From an uncultured Rhodobacterales bacterium (GTDB taxonomy: Bacteria > Pseudomonadota > Alphaproteobacteria > Rhodobacterales > Rhodobacteraceae): a DNA stretch of 64,000 nucleotides. Both the position numbers and the translations under genes were made by a program. Positions 21,551 to 30,916 of the stretch are shown here, piece by piece (within the stretch, counting starts at the first letter, position 1; every line of letters begins with the position of its first letter). The notes under the pieces were generated by a model. It was not told the DNA's origin, ran no database searches, and worked only from the letters and a program-made list of their open reading frames with translations. Where the stretch lies: the NCBI GenBank assembly GCA_964603315.1, contig CAZRUV010000001.1, positions 592 to 64,591 on the forward strand. The letters run 5' to 3'.

Positions 21551-22903
21551 ATGTCTAGTCACGGTGCGCCGATCCCCATGACCTCTTCCGCTTGCGGGCC
21601 ACTGACCGGCGTGGCGGAGGTGCCGGGCGACAAGTCGATTTCGCACCGGTCGCTGATCCTTGGCGCGCTGAGCGTGGGCGAGACGACAATTTCGGGCCTG
21701 CTCGAAGGGCAGGACGTGCTGGACACGGGCCGCGCCATGCAGGCCTTTGGCGCAGAGGTGATCAACCACGGCGGCAGTGACTGGTCTGTCCATGGCGTTG
21801 GCGTCGGCGGATTTGCAGAACCGGAGCAGGTGATTGACTGCGGCAATTCCGGCACCGGTGTGCGGCTGATCATGGGGGCGATGGCAACATCGCCCATCAC
21901 GGCCACCTTTACGGGGGATGCGAGCCTGAACAAACGGCCCATGGCGCGGGTCACGGATCCGCTGGCCCTTTTTGGGGCGCAGGCGGTTGGGCGCGCCGAG
22001 GGGCGTTTGCCCATGACAATCGTCGGGGCGGCGGATCCGGTGCCGGCGCGCTATTCCGTTCCGGTGCCCTCGGCGCAGGTCAAATCCGCGGTTCTCTTTG
22101 CCGGGCTGAACGCGCCGGGCGAGACTGTGGTGACCGAAGCGGAAGCGACCCGCGACCACACCGAGCGCATGATGGCCGGGTTCGGCGCCGATATCCGGAC
22201 CGAAGACACCGACGCAGGCCGCGTGATCACGCTCAAGGGTCAGCCCGAGTTGAAACCGCAGCATATCGTGGTGCCGCGTGACCCGTCATCGGCCGCCTTT
22301 CCGGTATGTGCGGCGTTGATCGTGCCGGGGTCTGACGTGCTGGTTCCCAATATCGGGCTCAACCCGACGCGGGCCGGACTCTTTACCACATTGCGCGAGA
22401 TGGGGGCTGATCTGGAATATGAGAACATGCGCGAAGAAGGCGGCGAGCCGGTGGCCGATCTGCGCGCCCGGTTTTCGCCTGATCTGAAGGGGATTGAGGT
22501 GCCCGCAGAGCGCGCGGCCAGCATGATCGATGAATACCCCGTGTTGTCGGTCGTGGCCTGCTTTGCGACCGGAGAGACGCATATGCCGGGTGTCCGCGAA
22601 TTGCGGGTCAAGGAAAGCGACCGGATCGATGCGATGGCTGCAGGCTTGCGGGCGGCCGGTATCGGCGTCGAGGACGGGCCTGATTGGTGGACTGTTCTTG
22701 GGCGGGGTCACGGGAATGTGCCGGGTGGCGCGGTGGCGGCAAGCCATCTGGATCACCGCATCGCGATGTCCTTCCTCGTCATGGGGATGGCCACGCAAAA
22801 GCCGATGTCGGTGGATGATGGCGGGCCAATCGCGACGTCCTTCCCGATTTTTGAGTCGTTGATGCAGGGCCTTGGCGCACAGGTGCGCCGGGACAATGGC
22901 TAG
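21551..22903 (+). CDS. aroA: EPSP synthase (class II)
   Basis: [43 protein letters not shown]. Confidence 0.97.
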   Translation: MSSHGAPIPMTSSACGPLTGVAEVPGDKSISHRSLILGALSVGETTISGLLEGQDVLDTGRAMQAFGAEVINHGGSDWSVHGVGVGGFAEPEQVIDCGNSGTGVRLIMGAMATSPITATFTGDASLNKRPMARVTDPLALFGAQAVGRAEGRLPMTIVGAADPVPARYSVPVPSAQVKSAVLFAGLNAPGETVVTEAEATRDHTERMMAGFGADIRTEDTDAGRVITLKGQPELKPQHIVVPRDPSSAAFPVCAALIVPGSDVLVPNIGLNPTRAGLFTTLREMGADLEYENMREEGGEPVADLRARFSPDLKGIEVPAERAASMIDEYPVLSVVACFATGETHMPGVRELRVKESDRIDAMAAGLRAAGIGVEDGPDWWTVLGRGHGNVPGGAVAASHLDHRIAMSFLVMGMATQKPMSVDDGGPIATSFPIFESLMQGLGAQVRRDNG

Positions 22904-22906
22904 GCC

Positions 22907-23533
22907 ATGACAACTGCGCCCTTTACCGTTGCGATCGACGGGCCTGCGGCGGCTGGCAAGGGCACAGTGTCCCGCGCGCTCGCGGCGCGCTTTGGTTTGG
23001 CGCATCTTGATACCGGACTGCTCTATCGCGCGGTCGGCGCGCGGATGCTGGACGGCGTTGACCCGATCGCGGCGGCGCAGTCGCTGGTTCCGGACTCGCT
23101 GGAGCGGGCCGATCTGCGCACGGCTGAGGTCGCGCAGGCTGCAAGCCGGGTGGCTGTCATGCCCGAGGTGCGGGCGGCCCTGCTGGATTTTCAGCGTGCC
23201 TTTGCCAGACGTGCCGGGGGGGCTGTATTGGACGGACGTGACATCGGTACGGTGATATGCCCGCAAGCCGAAGCCAAGTTGTTTGTCACTGCATCCGACA
23301 CCGTACGCGCGGCGCGGCGGCATGCCGAACTGGTTGCGCGCGGTGATGATGTGACGCTCGCGCAGGTGTTGGACGATGTGCGCGCTCGGGATGCGCGCGA
23401 TGCGGAGCGGGCAACGGCGCCGATGCGGCCCGCGGACACGGCCCATGTCCTCGACACGTCGGAGATGCGCATTGAGGACGCGGTTGCGGCGGCCATTTCG
23501 ATCGTGGAGCAGGCGCGCGCTCGACTGCCCTAG
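22907..23533 (+). CDS. cmk: (d)CMP kinase
   Basis: [30 protein letters not shown]. Confidence 0.95.
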   Translation: MTTAPFTVAIDGPAAAGKGTVSRALAARFGLAHLDTGLLYRAVGARMLDGVDPIAAAQSLVPDSLERADLRTAEVAQAASRVAVMPEVRAALLDFQRAFARRAGGAVLDGRDIGTVICPQAEAKLFVTASDTVRAARRHAELVARGDDVTLAQVLDDVRARDARDAERATAPMRPADTAHVLDTSEMRIEDAVAAAISIVEQARARLP

Positions 23534-23551
23534 GATTGGCGGGCCTTTACC

Positions 23552-23986
23552 CTAGTTGCTCAGCGCGCTCCGATAGATCGAGTCGGCTGGTACGTCGTAG
23601 GACGACGCGCGGATTTTCCAGTCGCCGTCTGCGCCCCGCACCAGAACAGACAGCGTCGGAAACGGGTCCTCGATCAAAAGGCCGTCGCTGATCAGCCGTG
23701 TTTCATGCGTGGCGATGACTTCGTCAGGTGTTCGAAATTCGGCGGCTACGCAGTGGCGCGCAAGAATGGTCACGCGCATCTGCTTGAGATGATCGTGAAC
23801 CGCATGAAAGACATCCTCGATCTCGTCGGCCGCGTGGTACAGGCGCTTGCCGCTTTCGGTTTCCAGTTCGTACGGGAATGACAACGCATCGAGAAACGTG
23901 CGCATGTCGCCGCTCATGAGCGCGTGACCGGTGAGGTCAAGCAAGTGCTCGGACACTTCCTGTGCGGTTGGGTGCTGCGATAACAT
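23552..23986 (-). CDS. Hypothetical protein (possible NTF2/SnoaL-like fold)
   Basis: The last 144 aa of the long minus ORF look protein-like and end ...DGDWKIRAS; the upstream part is a trpA-overlapping shadow. Confidence 0.65.
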   Translation of the reverse strand: MLSQHPTAQEVSEHLLDLTGHALMSGDMRTFLDALSFPYELETESGKRLYHAADEIEDVFHAVHDHLKQMRVTILARHCVAAEFRTPDEVIATHETRLISDGLLIEDPFPTLSVLVRGADGDWKIRASSYDVPADSIYRSALSN

Positions 23987-24105
23987 GCGTGTTGAAATCG
24001 TGCGACGTGAGTTGGCGTCGAATGTGACACAATTTCGAGAAAACTCAACAGATTCAGATATTTCCCGCATGGCGGGAAGTCTGGGAGTGTCGGCCTGTCC
24101 GCCGT

Positions 24106-24900
24106 TCAGGCGCTGTGCGCACCCTCCGCAAGACCAGCAACGAAGGCCAGGACATCGTCCACGGGTTCGCCCGCACCGATCTTGCTGACGATGGCCGAGC
24201 CGACCACAGCGCCATCCGCAATGCTGGCAATGCCGCGGGCCTTGTCCGGTGTGTTGATGCCAAAGCCCACGATGACCGGCAGATCGGTCGCGGCCTTGAT
24301 CCGTGCAACCTCGGGGCCTACGTCGCCGGCCTGGGCTTCGGCGGCGCCGGTGATGCCCGTGATCGAGACATAGTAGACGAAGCCGGATGTGTTCTGCAGC
24401 ACACGGGGCAGGCGGACATCGTCGGTGGTGGGTGTCGCCAGACGAATGAAGTTCAGACCCGCAGCCTGGGCAGGCAGGCACAATTCGGCGTCTTCTTCGG
24501 GCGGCAGATCGACGACAATCAGGCCGTCGATACCGGCGGCCTTTGCGTCAGACAGAAATTGATCGACGCCGCGCGAGTAGATCGGGTTGTAGTAGCCCAT
24601 CAGCACAATCGGTGTCGTGTCGTCGGTCTCGCGGAAGGCGCGGGCCAGATCCAGCGTACGCTCGAGTGTCATGCCATTGCCAAGCGCGCGCTGACCGGCC
24701 AGCTGGATTGTCGGCCCGTCGGCCATCGGATCGGTAAAGGGCAGACCCAGTTCGATGACGTCAACGCCGGCGCCGGGCAGCCCCTTGACCACCTCAAGCG
24801 AGGTGTCGAAATCCGGGTCGCCGGCCATGACATAGGCGACGAAGGCCTTGCGCCCCTCGCTTTTGAGCGCTGCAAATTTTGCGTCGATCCGGGTGTCCAT
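24106..24900 (-). CDS. trpA: Tryptophan synthase alpha subunit
   Basis: [44 protein letters not shown]. Confidence 0.97.
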   Translation of the reverse strand: MDTRIDAKFAALKSEGRKAFVAYVMAGDPDFDTSLEVVKGLPGAGVDVIELGLPFTDPMADGPTIQLAGQRALGNGMTLERTLDLARAFRETDDTTPIVLMGYYNPIYSRGVDQFLSDAKAAGIDGLIVVDLPPEEDAELCLPAQAAGLNFIRLATPTTDDVRLPRVLQNTSGFVYYVSITGITGAAEAQAGDVGPEVARIKAATDLPVIVGFGINTPDKARGIASIADGAVVGSAIVSKIGAGEPVDDVLAFVAGLAEGAHSA

Positions 24901-25023
24901 GAGCGCTGCTCCCTCTGTTCGGTTTCCATTGGCCCAGTGACCGCGGAAAGGCAAGGGGCTTGCGTCTTGCGCTTGTGCCCGGGCCTGCTAGAAGCAAGCG
25001 GATCGCGACATGAGGGGCGCAAG

Positions 25024-26121
25024 ATGGGTTTCAAGATGGGCATTGTGGGCCTGCCGAATGTGGGCAAGTCCACGCTTTTCAACGCGCTGACAAAAACGGC
25101 TGCGGCGCAGGCGGCGAATTTTCCGTTCTGCACCATCGAACCCAATGTGGGCGAAGTGGCGGTCCCGGACGATCGGCTGGACAAACTGGCCGCGATTGCC
25201 GCGTCCAAGTCCATTATCCCAACGCGGATGACCTTTGTAGACATTGCCGGGCTGGTGAAAGGCGCGTCCCAGGGCGAAGGCCTCGGCAACCAGTTCCTGG
25301 CCAACATTCGCGAAGTGGACGCCATCGCCCACGTGCTGCGCTGCTTTGAAGACGGTGACGTGACCCACGTGGAGGGTCGCGTTGACCCCGTGGCAGACGC
25401 CGAAACGATTGAAACCGAACTGATGCTGGCCGACATCGAGAGCATCGAGAAACGTCTGCAGAATATCGTGCGCAAGGTGCGTGGTGGCGACAAGGAGGCG
25501 GTGCAGCAGGAACGCCTGATGAAAGACGCGCTCGCCGCCCTCGAAGATGGCAAGCCTGCGCGCGTTGTCGAGGTGGACGCCGAAGACGCCAAAGCCTGGG
25601 CCATGCTGCAACTGCTGACAACCAAGCCGGTCTTGTACGTGTGCAATGTGGGCGAAGCGGAGGCCGCCAGCGGCAATGCGCATTCCGAGGCGGTGGCGGC
25701 CATGGCAGCGGCACAGGGCAACAGCCACGTGGTGATCTCGGCCCAGATCGAGGAAGAAATCAGCCAGTTGGAACCTGAGGAAGCTGTGATGTTTCTGGAA
25801 GAGATGGGCCTGTCCGAGGCGGGCCTCGACCGCCTGATCCGCGCCGGTTACGACCTGCTGCATCTCGAGACCTATTTCACGGTCGGCCCCAAGGAAGCAC
25901 GTGCCTGGACCATTCGGACAGGCACAACCGCGCCCCGGGCCGCTGGCGTGATCCACGGCGACTTTGAAAAAGGGTTCATCCGCGCGGAGACCATTGCCTA
26001 TGACGATTTCGTCGGGCTTGGCGGTGAACAGGCGGCCAAGGACGCCGGAAAAATGCGCGCAGAAGGAAAGGGTTACGTCGTCAAGGACGGTGACGTGATG
26101 CACTTTTTGTTCAACACCTGA
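25024..26121 (+). CDS. ychF: Redox-regulated ATPase YchF
   Basis: GIVGLPNVGKSTLFN, ANFPFCTIEPN, DIAGLVKGAS.GEGLGN, YVVKDGDV. Confidence 0.97.
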   Translation: MGFKMGIVGLPNVGKSTLFNALTKTAAAQAANFPFCTIEPNVGEVAVPDDRLDKLAAIAASKSIIPTRMTFVDIAGLVKGASQGEGLGNQFLANIREVDAIAHVLRCFEDGDVTHVEGRVDPVADAETIETELMLADIESIEKRLQNIVRKVRGGDKEAVQQERLMKDALAALEDGKPARVVEVDAEDAKAWAMLQLLTTKPVLYVCNVGEAEAASGNAHSEAVAAMAAAQGNSHVVISAQIEEEISQLEPEEAVMFLEEMGLSEAGLDRLIRAGYDLLHLETYFTVGPKEARAWTIRTGTTAPRAAGVIHGDFEKGFIRAETIAYDDFVGLGGEQAAKDAGKMRAEGKGYVVKDGDVMHFLFNT

Positions 26122-26166
26122 GCTGTCCACCTTGCGTGTGTCACGGCGCTGACCACCGTACTGTCG

Positions 26167-26182
26167 GTTAAAAACCCGTTAA
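26167..26182. promoter_or_regulatory. CtrA-type binding site
   Basis: GTTAA-AAACCCG-TTAA, which is TTAA-N7-TTAAC on the minus strand. Confidence 0.65.
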
Positions 26183-26351
26183 ATCTCCCACAATAATGGA
26201 TTGCCCCGCACATGCGGCGCAGTTGTGTGGGGTGGCCATGGCTCATTTGGGCACGGGGTGTGTGTCACCCGCAATCCTGCAGATCTGAACTTGCCGCGCA
26301 TTTTTCATCGCGCCGTCCGGGAGGCGGCGCTAGGGATCGCAAGGGACATCC

Positions 26352-27506
26352 ATGGCACGTATTGCATTTCTCGGTGACAGCTTGACAGCGACCGGATTGA
26401 ACGAACCACTGCGCACTTTCAATTCGTGGCTGTCCGGGCCACTCGCGTCTTTGCTGGGGCCGCAATTTGACAGCTATCTGAATCACGGCGTGGGCGGCGA
26501 AACGATTTCGCAATGCCTGGCGCGCGTTCCGTCCGTTCTGGCGGATACGCCCGACATTGTCGTCGTCAATTGCGGGATCAATGACCTGTCGCGGCCAGAC
26601 ACGACATTTGCCGGCATTCAGGCCGATTACCTCGAGATCATTTCGCAGCTTGTGCGCGCCGATGTTCGCGTTGTCTGCTGCACGATCCTCGACCGGCTTC
26701 TGGTTGCCGATGGCGGTGTCGTCACACCGGAGCAGGCAGAAGTGCGGTTCGTGTTCAACGCCTGGCTGCGCAGCCTGCGCGACGGTGTCATGATCGAGGC
26801 CGTGGCAGATCTTGATGAAGTGTTTTTTGATCCCAAGACCCAGTCTGGAGACGGAACCCATCCGGACACGTCGCGGTGCTGGGATCTTGCTGCGCAGATT
26901 GCCGAAGCTGTCCGCGTCGCGGCAAAGGGACTGCCGCAGCCGGTCGTCGGCGCCAATCTGCTTGGGAACGGTGATATGCTGGGCACGGCTGGCCTGACTT
27001 CCGCATCGTACTGCTCGGGGACGTTGCCGACCGGTTGGCGGGTCATCGGCGGTGCATCCGGAACGGAGACGTGGACCTGCACCCCGGTCCACAAGGACAA
27101 GGCAGGTGCGACGCGCATCACGCTGGGCGGAACGCCATCTGGTGCGGGGCGCAACGGTTTCCTGCGCCGCACCGAGGGTCTGGATCTGGCCGCGGGTCAA
27201 CGCATCATCCTCGGTTTCGACGTGGCGCTGGAAGAGGTTTCGGGGGTCGTTGGCGTGATGGCACAACTGGCGCTGCCGCTTGGGTCCGGTACGCAGTACC
27301 TTTCTGCGATGCAGCACCGCAGTGACACAGATCAGCCGTATCGCCAGGTGCCAGCCAACTATGCCGAGCGCTTCTGGAGCCTGCCATACACTGTGCCTGA
27401 GGCGTTGACGGGATGCGAGTTGCGGTTCGGTGTCTACTACCTTGATGACGCGCCGATTTCCGGGTCGATTACGATTGGTAACCCTGTGGTTTGCCCGCTC
27501 AACTGA
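26352..27506 (+). CDS. SGNH/GDSL hydrolase with beta-rich C-terminal domain
   Basis: FLGDSLT (block I), NHGVGG (II), GIND (III), DGTHP (V); RBS AAGGGA. Confidence 0.85.
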   Translation: MARIAFLGDSLTATGLNEPLRTFNSWLSGPLASLLGPQFDSYLNHGVGGETISQCLARVPSVLADTPDIVVVNCGINDLSRPDTTFAGIQADYLEIISQLVRADVRVVCCTILDRLLVADGGVVTPEQAEVRFVFNAWLRSLRDGVMIEAVADLDEVFFDPKTQSGDGTHPDTSRCWDLAAQIAEAVRVAAKGLPQPVVGANLLGNGDMLGTAGLTSASYCSGTLPTGWRVIGGASGTETWTCTPVHKDKAGATRITLGGTPSGAGRNGFLRRTEGLDLAAGQRIILGFDVALEEVSGVVGVMAQLALPLGSGTQYLSAMQHRSDTDQPYRQVPANYAERFWSLPYTVPEALTGCELRFGVYYLDDAPISGSITIGNPVVCPLN

Positions 27507-27613
27507 CCGTTGACCCTGGCATAGCGGGATCGGAAGCTGACAGGCCTTTTGGTCGCGTCAGCTCCGCATTATTGGACTTGTGCTTGGATGGCACGTTGCT
27601 TATGCACGGCTGC

Positions 27614-27703
27614 GGAGACGTGGCCGAGTGGTCGAAGGCGCTCCCCTGCTAAGGGAGTAGGCGGGAAACCGTCTCGAGGGTTCGAATCCCTTCGTCTCCG
27701 CCA
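27614..27703 (+). tRNA. tRNA-Ser(GCT)
   Basis: Acceptor GGAGACG/CGTCTCC, anticodon arm CTCCC-CTGCTAA-GGGAG, long variable arm, GGTTCGAATCC, encoded CCA. Confidence 0.97.
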
Positions 27704-28080
27704 TATTGCAATCAGGCACTAAGTCGCCCCCTACCGCTCTGAACGGAAATGATAATTCCGGGGTTCGAAACCCCAAATTCCGGTCATAGTGCAACCTCTC
27801 CGAAAAAAGTCAGTTTGAGCACGAGTCGTTGCAGCTCAAAGCGGCCTGTTTCCCAGAATTTACAAAGGCTTGCGGGAAACTGCATGGCGAGTTCAAACAT
27901 TTGCTCGAAGGGGGCACGGGGCTGTCCGACACGGGCCGCTTTTTTGTTGAGGATCAGTCTCTCCTCATCAAGATCAGCAATCCGTTTTTCATAGGCTTTG
28001 ATGATCGAAGCGTTGTCCGTTTCGACCAGACGGTCGAGCAGCTTGGCGTTTTGCTTCTCCAGCTCTTTTATCTTGGCGCC
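27704..28080 (-). pseudogene. C-terminal remnant of a large serine recombinase reading into tRNA-Ser
   Basis: Coiled coil KLLDRLVETDNASIIKAYEKRIADL, then LVLKLTF. Removing one base from the A6 run (27803-27808) continues SERLHYDRNLGFRTP..FPF into the tRNA. Family recognised from memory. Confidence 0.65.
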
Positions 28081-28090
28081 GTAGGGCGGC

Positions 28091-28426
28091 GCAAAGGCGC
28101 TGAAAGCTGCGCTGGACCGAGCTAAGGGCGATCTAGGCTTCTGCCCACATCCATCGCGGCACATTCTCGCACGCTCAGACGGTTCGGCAATGAGCTATCA
28201 CACCATGGCTCGAGTCATGGTGAAAGAGTGTAAGCGTTTGAGGTTGATGGCTTTTGACCAGCATGCGTTACGTTACCGACGCGTGATGGAGCTTGCCTGG
28301 GCCGGGTGTACGGACGACGAGATTGCCAGCTACAGCGGCCACACATCCAAGAAGATGATCATCAAATACGCAGGCGAAGCGCGTCAGGCAATGCGGGCGC
28401 GTCAGGCCGCGGCCAAAAGGAAATAG
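28091..28426 (+). pseudogene. C-terminal fragment of a tyrosine recombinase/integrase
   Basis: Open frame with HALRY (HxxR), SGH and terminal Tyr (MIIKY); ends ~90 bp before the 3' end of tRNA-Cys; N-terminal domains absent. Confidence 0.8.
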
Positions 28427-28513
28427 CCGAGAACAGAACCGGCACAGAACGAGGAGCTGATACCCGAGGTGATACCCCAATGAGCAGAGCAGACTATAAG
28501 TCATTGAAAATAT

Positions 28514-28587
28514 TGGAGGCGAGTACCGGAATCGAACCGGTGTACACGGATTTGCAATCCGCTGCGTCACCACTCCGCCAACTCGCC
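28514..28587 (-). tRNA. tRNA-Cys(GCA)
   Basis: GGCGAGT...GCGGA-TTGCAAA-TCCGT...GGTTCGATTCC..ACTCGCC-T-CCA. Confidence 0.97.
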
Positions 28588-28725
28588 TCACGTGGTGTGA
28601 AAACGCGATAGCTCATCCCTGTGCCCCGCGCAAGACCGCGCCGCATTGGTTTTGCTGCGTTGCCCCCATCGGGAATGTATGGCACACCTTCCGCAGCAGA
28701 GTCTGAACGAATGAGTTTAGTTGGA

Positions 28726-29379
28726 ATGACAGATTTCGCCGCCCGACGCATTATGATGGTCGATACGCAGGTGCGCCCGTCCGACGTGACCAAGTTTCCC
28801 ATCATTGATGCCATGCTCTCGGTTCCGCGAGAAGACTTTGTGCCCAATGGCTTGCGTGAAGCAGCTTACATGGGTGAGAACCTTGAGCTGGCCCCGGGGC
28901 GCGTCATGCTGGAGCCGCGCACGCTGGCCAAAATGCTGGATGCGCTGGAGTTCTCGGGCGATGAACTCGTGCTGGATGTCGGGGCAGGGTACGGATATTC
29001 GTCTGCGGTCATTGCCCGTATGGCGGAAGCCGTTGTTGCGCTCGAAGAAGACGAGGGCCTTGCGCAAGATGCACAGGATGCGCTGATGGAAGTTGGCGCC
29101 GACAACGTCGTCACACATGCCGGACCGCTGAGTGAAGGCGCGGCAGACCATGGCCCGTATGACGTGATCGCGATCCAGGGTGGGGTCAGCGAGGTGCCGG
29201 ACACATTGCTGGCGCAACTCAAGGATGGCGGTCGTATCGCGGCGCTCTTTGTCGAAGGGGCGCTTGGCGAGGTACGGATCGGATACAAACGTGATGGCCA
29301 GATCGCATGGCGACGGGCGTTCAACGCGGGCGCGCCGTTGCTCGACGGATTTGAACGCGCAGTCGCGTTTGAGCTGTAG
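28726..29379 (+). CDS. pcm: Protein-L-isoaspartate O-methyltransferase family protein
   Basis: MVDTQVRPSDV, VPREDFVP, VLDVGAGYGYSSAVIA, GPYDVI, QLKDGGR. Confidence 0.88.
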   Translation: MTDFAARRIMMVDTQVRPSDVTKFPIIDAMLSVPREDFVPNGLREAAYMGENLELAPGRVMLEPRTLAKMLDALEFSGDELVLDVGAGYGYSSAVIARMAEAVVALEEDEGLAQDAQDALMEVGADNVVTHAGPLSEGAADHGPYDVIAIQGGVSEVPDTLLAQLKDGGRIAALFVEGALGEVRIGYKRDGQIAWRRAFNAGAPLLDGFERAVAFEL

Positions 29380-29392
29380 TGACGACGAGCGG

Positions 29393-30844
29393 ATGCAAAG
29401 ATCGGGGACATATCACATGTGGCACAAGCGAACCCGCGCAACGGCGCGGCACTGGATGTCCGGGCTTGCGGTGACGGCGGCCCTTGTCGCGACAAGCGCC
29501 CAGTCCACCACGCTCGCCGATGCGCTTGTTGGCGCATACAACCACAGCGGCCTTATCGACCAGAACCGGGCCTTGTTGCGGGCAGCGGACGAGGATGTCG
29601 CGATTGCGGCCGCGTCGCTGAAGCCGATCATCAACTGGAGTGCGGACGTCACGCGCCAACTGGGGTCTTCGGCCTCGGCGCAGACCGGGGGGAGGTCATC
29701 CCGCCTTGCGCAGACAACTGTTTCGGCAGCGATCACCGCGTCCTTGCAGCTGTTTGACGGAGGCGCAGACAAGTCCCGGATTGAGGCCACCAAGGAAACC
29801 GTTCTGGCCACACGCGCGGCCTTGCTGAATGTCGAACAGCTTTTGCTGTTTCGTGCCGCGACCGCGTATTTCAACGTGATCCGGCAGCAGGAATTTGTGT
29901 CGCTCACGCGAAACAACCTGCGCCTGTTGCAGGAGGAGTTTCGCGCGGCACAGGACCGGTTCGATGTGGGTGAGGTCACACGCACGGACGTGTCGCTGGC
30001 CGAAGCCGCCGTGGCGCAGGCGCGCAGCAATCTGGCCGATGCAGAGCGGAACCTGATCCAGGCGCAGGCGGAATACACGAATGTCGTGGGCCGTCAGCCC
30101 GGGCGATTGGTCAGCCTGCCGCGATTGCCGCGGGTCGAAACATCGGTTCCGCGGGCGCAGGCGGTGGCGGTGCGCACGCATCCGGATCTCATTCAGGCGC
30201 AACGCCAGGTGGCGGCCAGCGAATTGCTGGCCCTCGCGGCGGGTCAGGACCTGAACCCGACTGTATCGCTTGAGGGCCGTTTGTCCCTGTCCGAAGAGTT
30301 CGGTTCCGACGATTCCTCCACAGTCGGGACCGTCGGTGTGAACGTGACCGGTCCGATCTATCGCGGCGGTCAACTGTCGGCCACGGAACGCCGTGCATTT
30401 GCGAGCCGTGATGCGGCGCGTGGAAACCTTCACACGGTGCGGCACGATGTTCAGCAAGACGTGGTGGACGCCATTGCGAACCTCCAGGCGGCGCGTGCAA
30501 GCCTTGTGGCGTCCGAACGGCAGATCAGGGCGGCGCGTGTGGCATTCCAGGGCGTGCGCGAGGAAGCCACGCTGGGCGCCCGGACCACACTTGATGTGCT
30601 CGACGCGGAGCAGGATTTGCTGGATGCGGAAACCAACCGGATTTCTGCGCAAGCCGATCAATACATCGCGGCGTATTCCGTGCTCGAATCGATGGGGCTT
30701 CTGACGGCCGAACGGTTGCGTTTGCCGGTGCAGCTTTACGATCCCACGTCCTACTACAATCTGGTGAAGGACGGTCCGGCCAAACTGTCCAAGCAGGGAA
30801 AGCAGCTGGACAGGATCATTCGGACGCTCACACCGAACGATTAA
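29393..30844 (+). CDS. TolC family outer membrane protein
   Basis: TLADALVGAY, DRFDVGEVTRTDV, LGARTTLDVLDAEQ; start uncertain (29393 or 29417). Confidence 0.92.
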   Translation: MQRSGTYHMWHKRTRATARHWMSGLAVTAALVATSAQSTTLADALVGAYNHSGLIDQNRALLRAADEDVAIAAASLKPIINWSADVTRQLGSSASAQTGGRSSRLAQTTVSAAITASLQLFDGGADKSRIEATKETVLATRAALLNVEQLLLFRAATAYFNVIRQQEFVSLTRNNLRLLQEEFRAAQDRFDVGEVTRTDVSLAEAAVAQARSNLADAERNLIQAQAEYTNVVGRQPGRLVSLPRLPRVETSVPRAQAVAVRTHPDLIQAQRQVAASELLALAAGQDLNPTVSLEGRLSLSEEFGSDDSSTVGTVGVNVTGPIYRGGQLSATERRAFASRDAARGNLHTVRHDVQQDVVDAIANLQAARASLVASERQIRAARVAFQGVREEATLGARTTLDVLDAEQDLLDAETNRISAQADQYIAAYSVLESMGLLTAERLRLPVQLYDPTSYYNLVKDGPAKLSKQGKQLDRIIRTLTPND

Positions 30845-30916
30845 GGTTTTCAGCATCCTGTTGTGCGACTCTCACGCAGCATGTAGACTTTTCGCCGAGG
30901 TGAGAGTGGTAGAGAT

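Noticed and set aside
24115-25023. Apparent 300-aa N-terminal extension of YchF; likewise the extension of the crotonase from 39109
   Set aside because: They are antisense to trpA and to the aminotransferase; canonical starts are at 25024 and 40027.
28306-28847. ORFs overlapping tRNA-Cys (and 60084-60937 overlapping tRNA-Leu)
   Set aside because: These are tRNA shadow translations.
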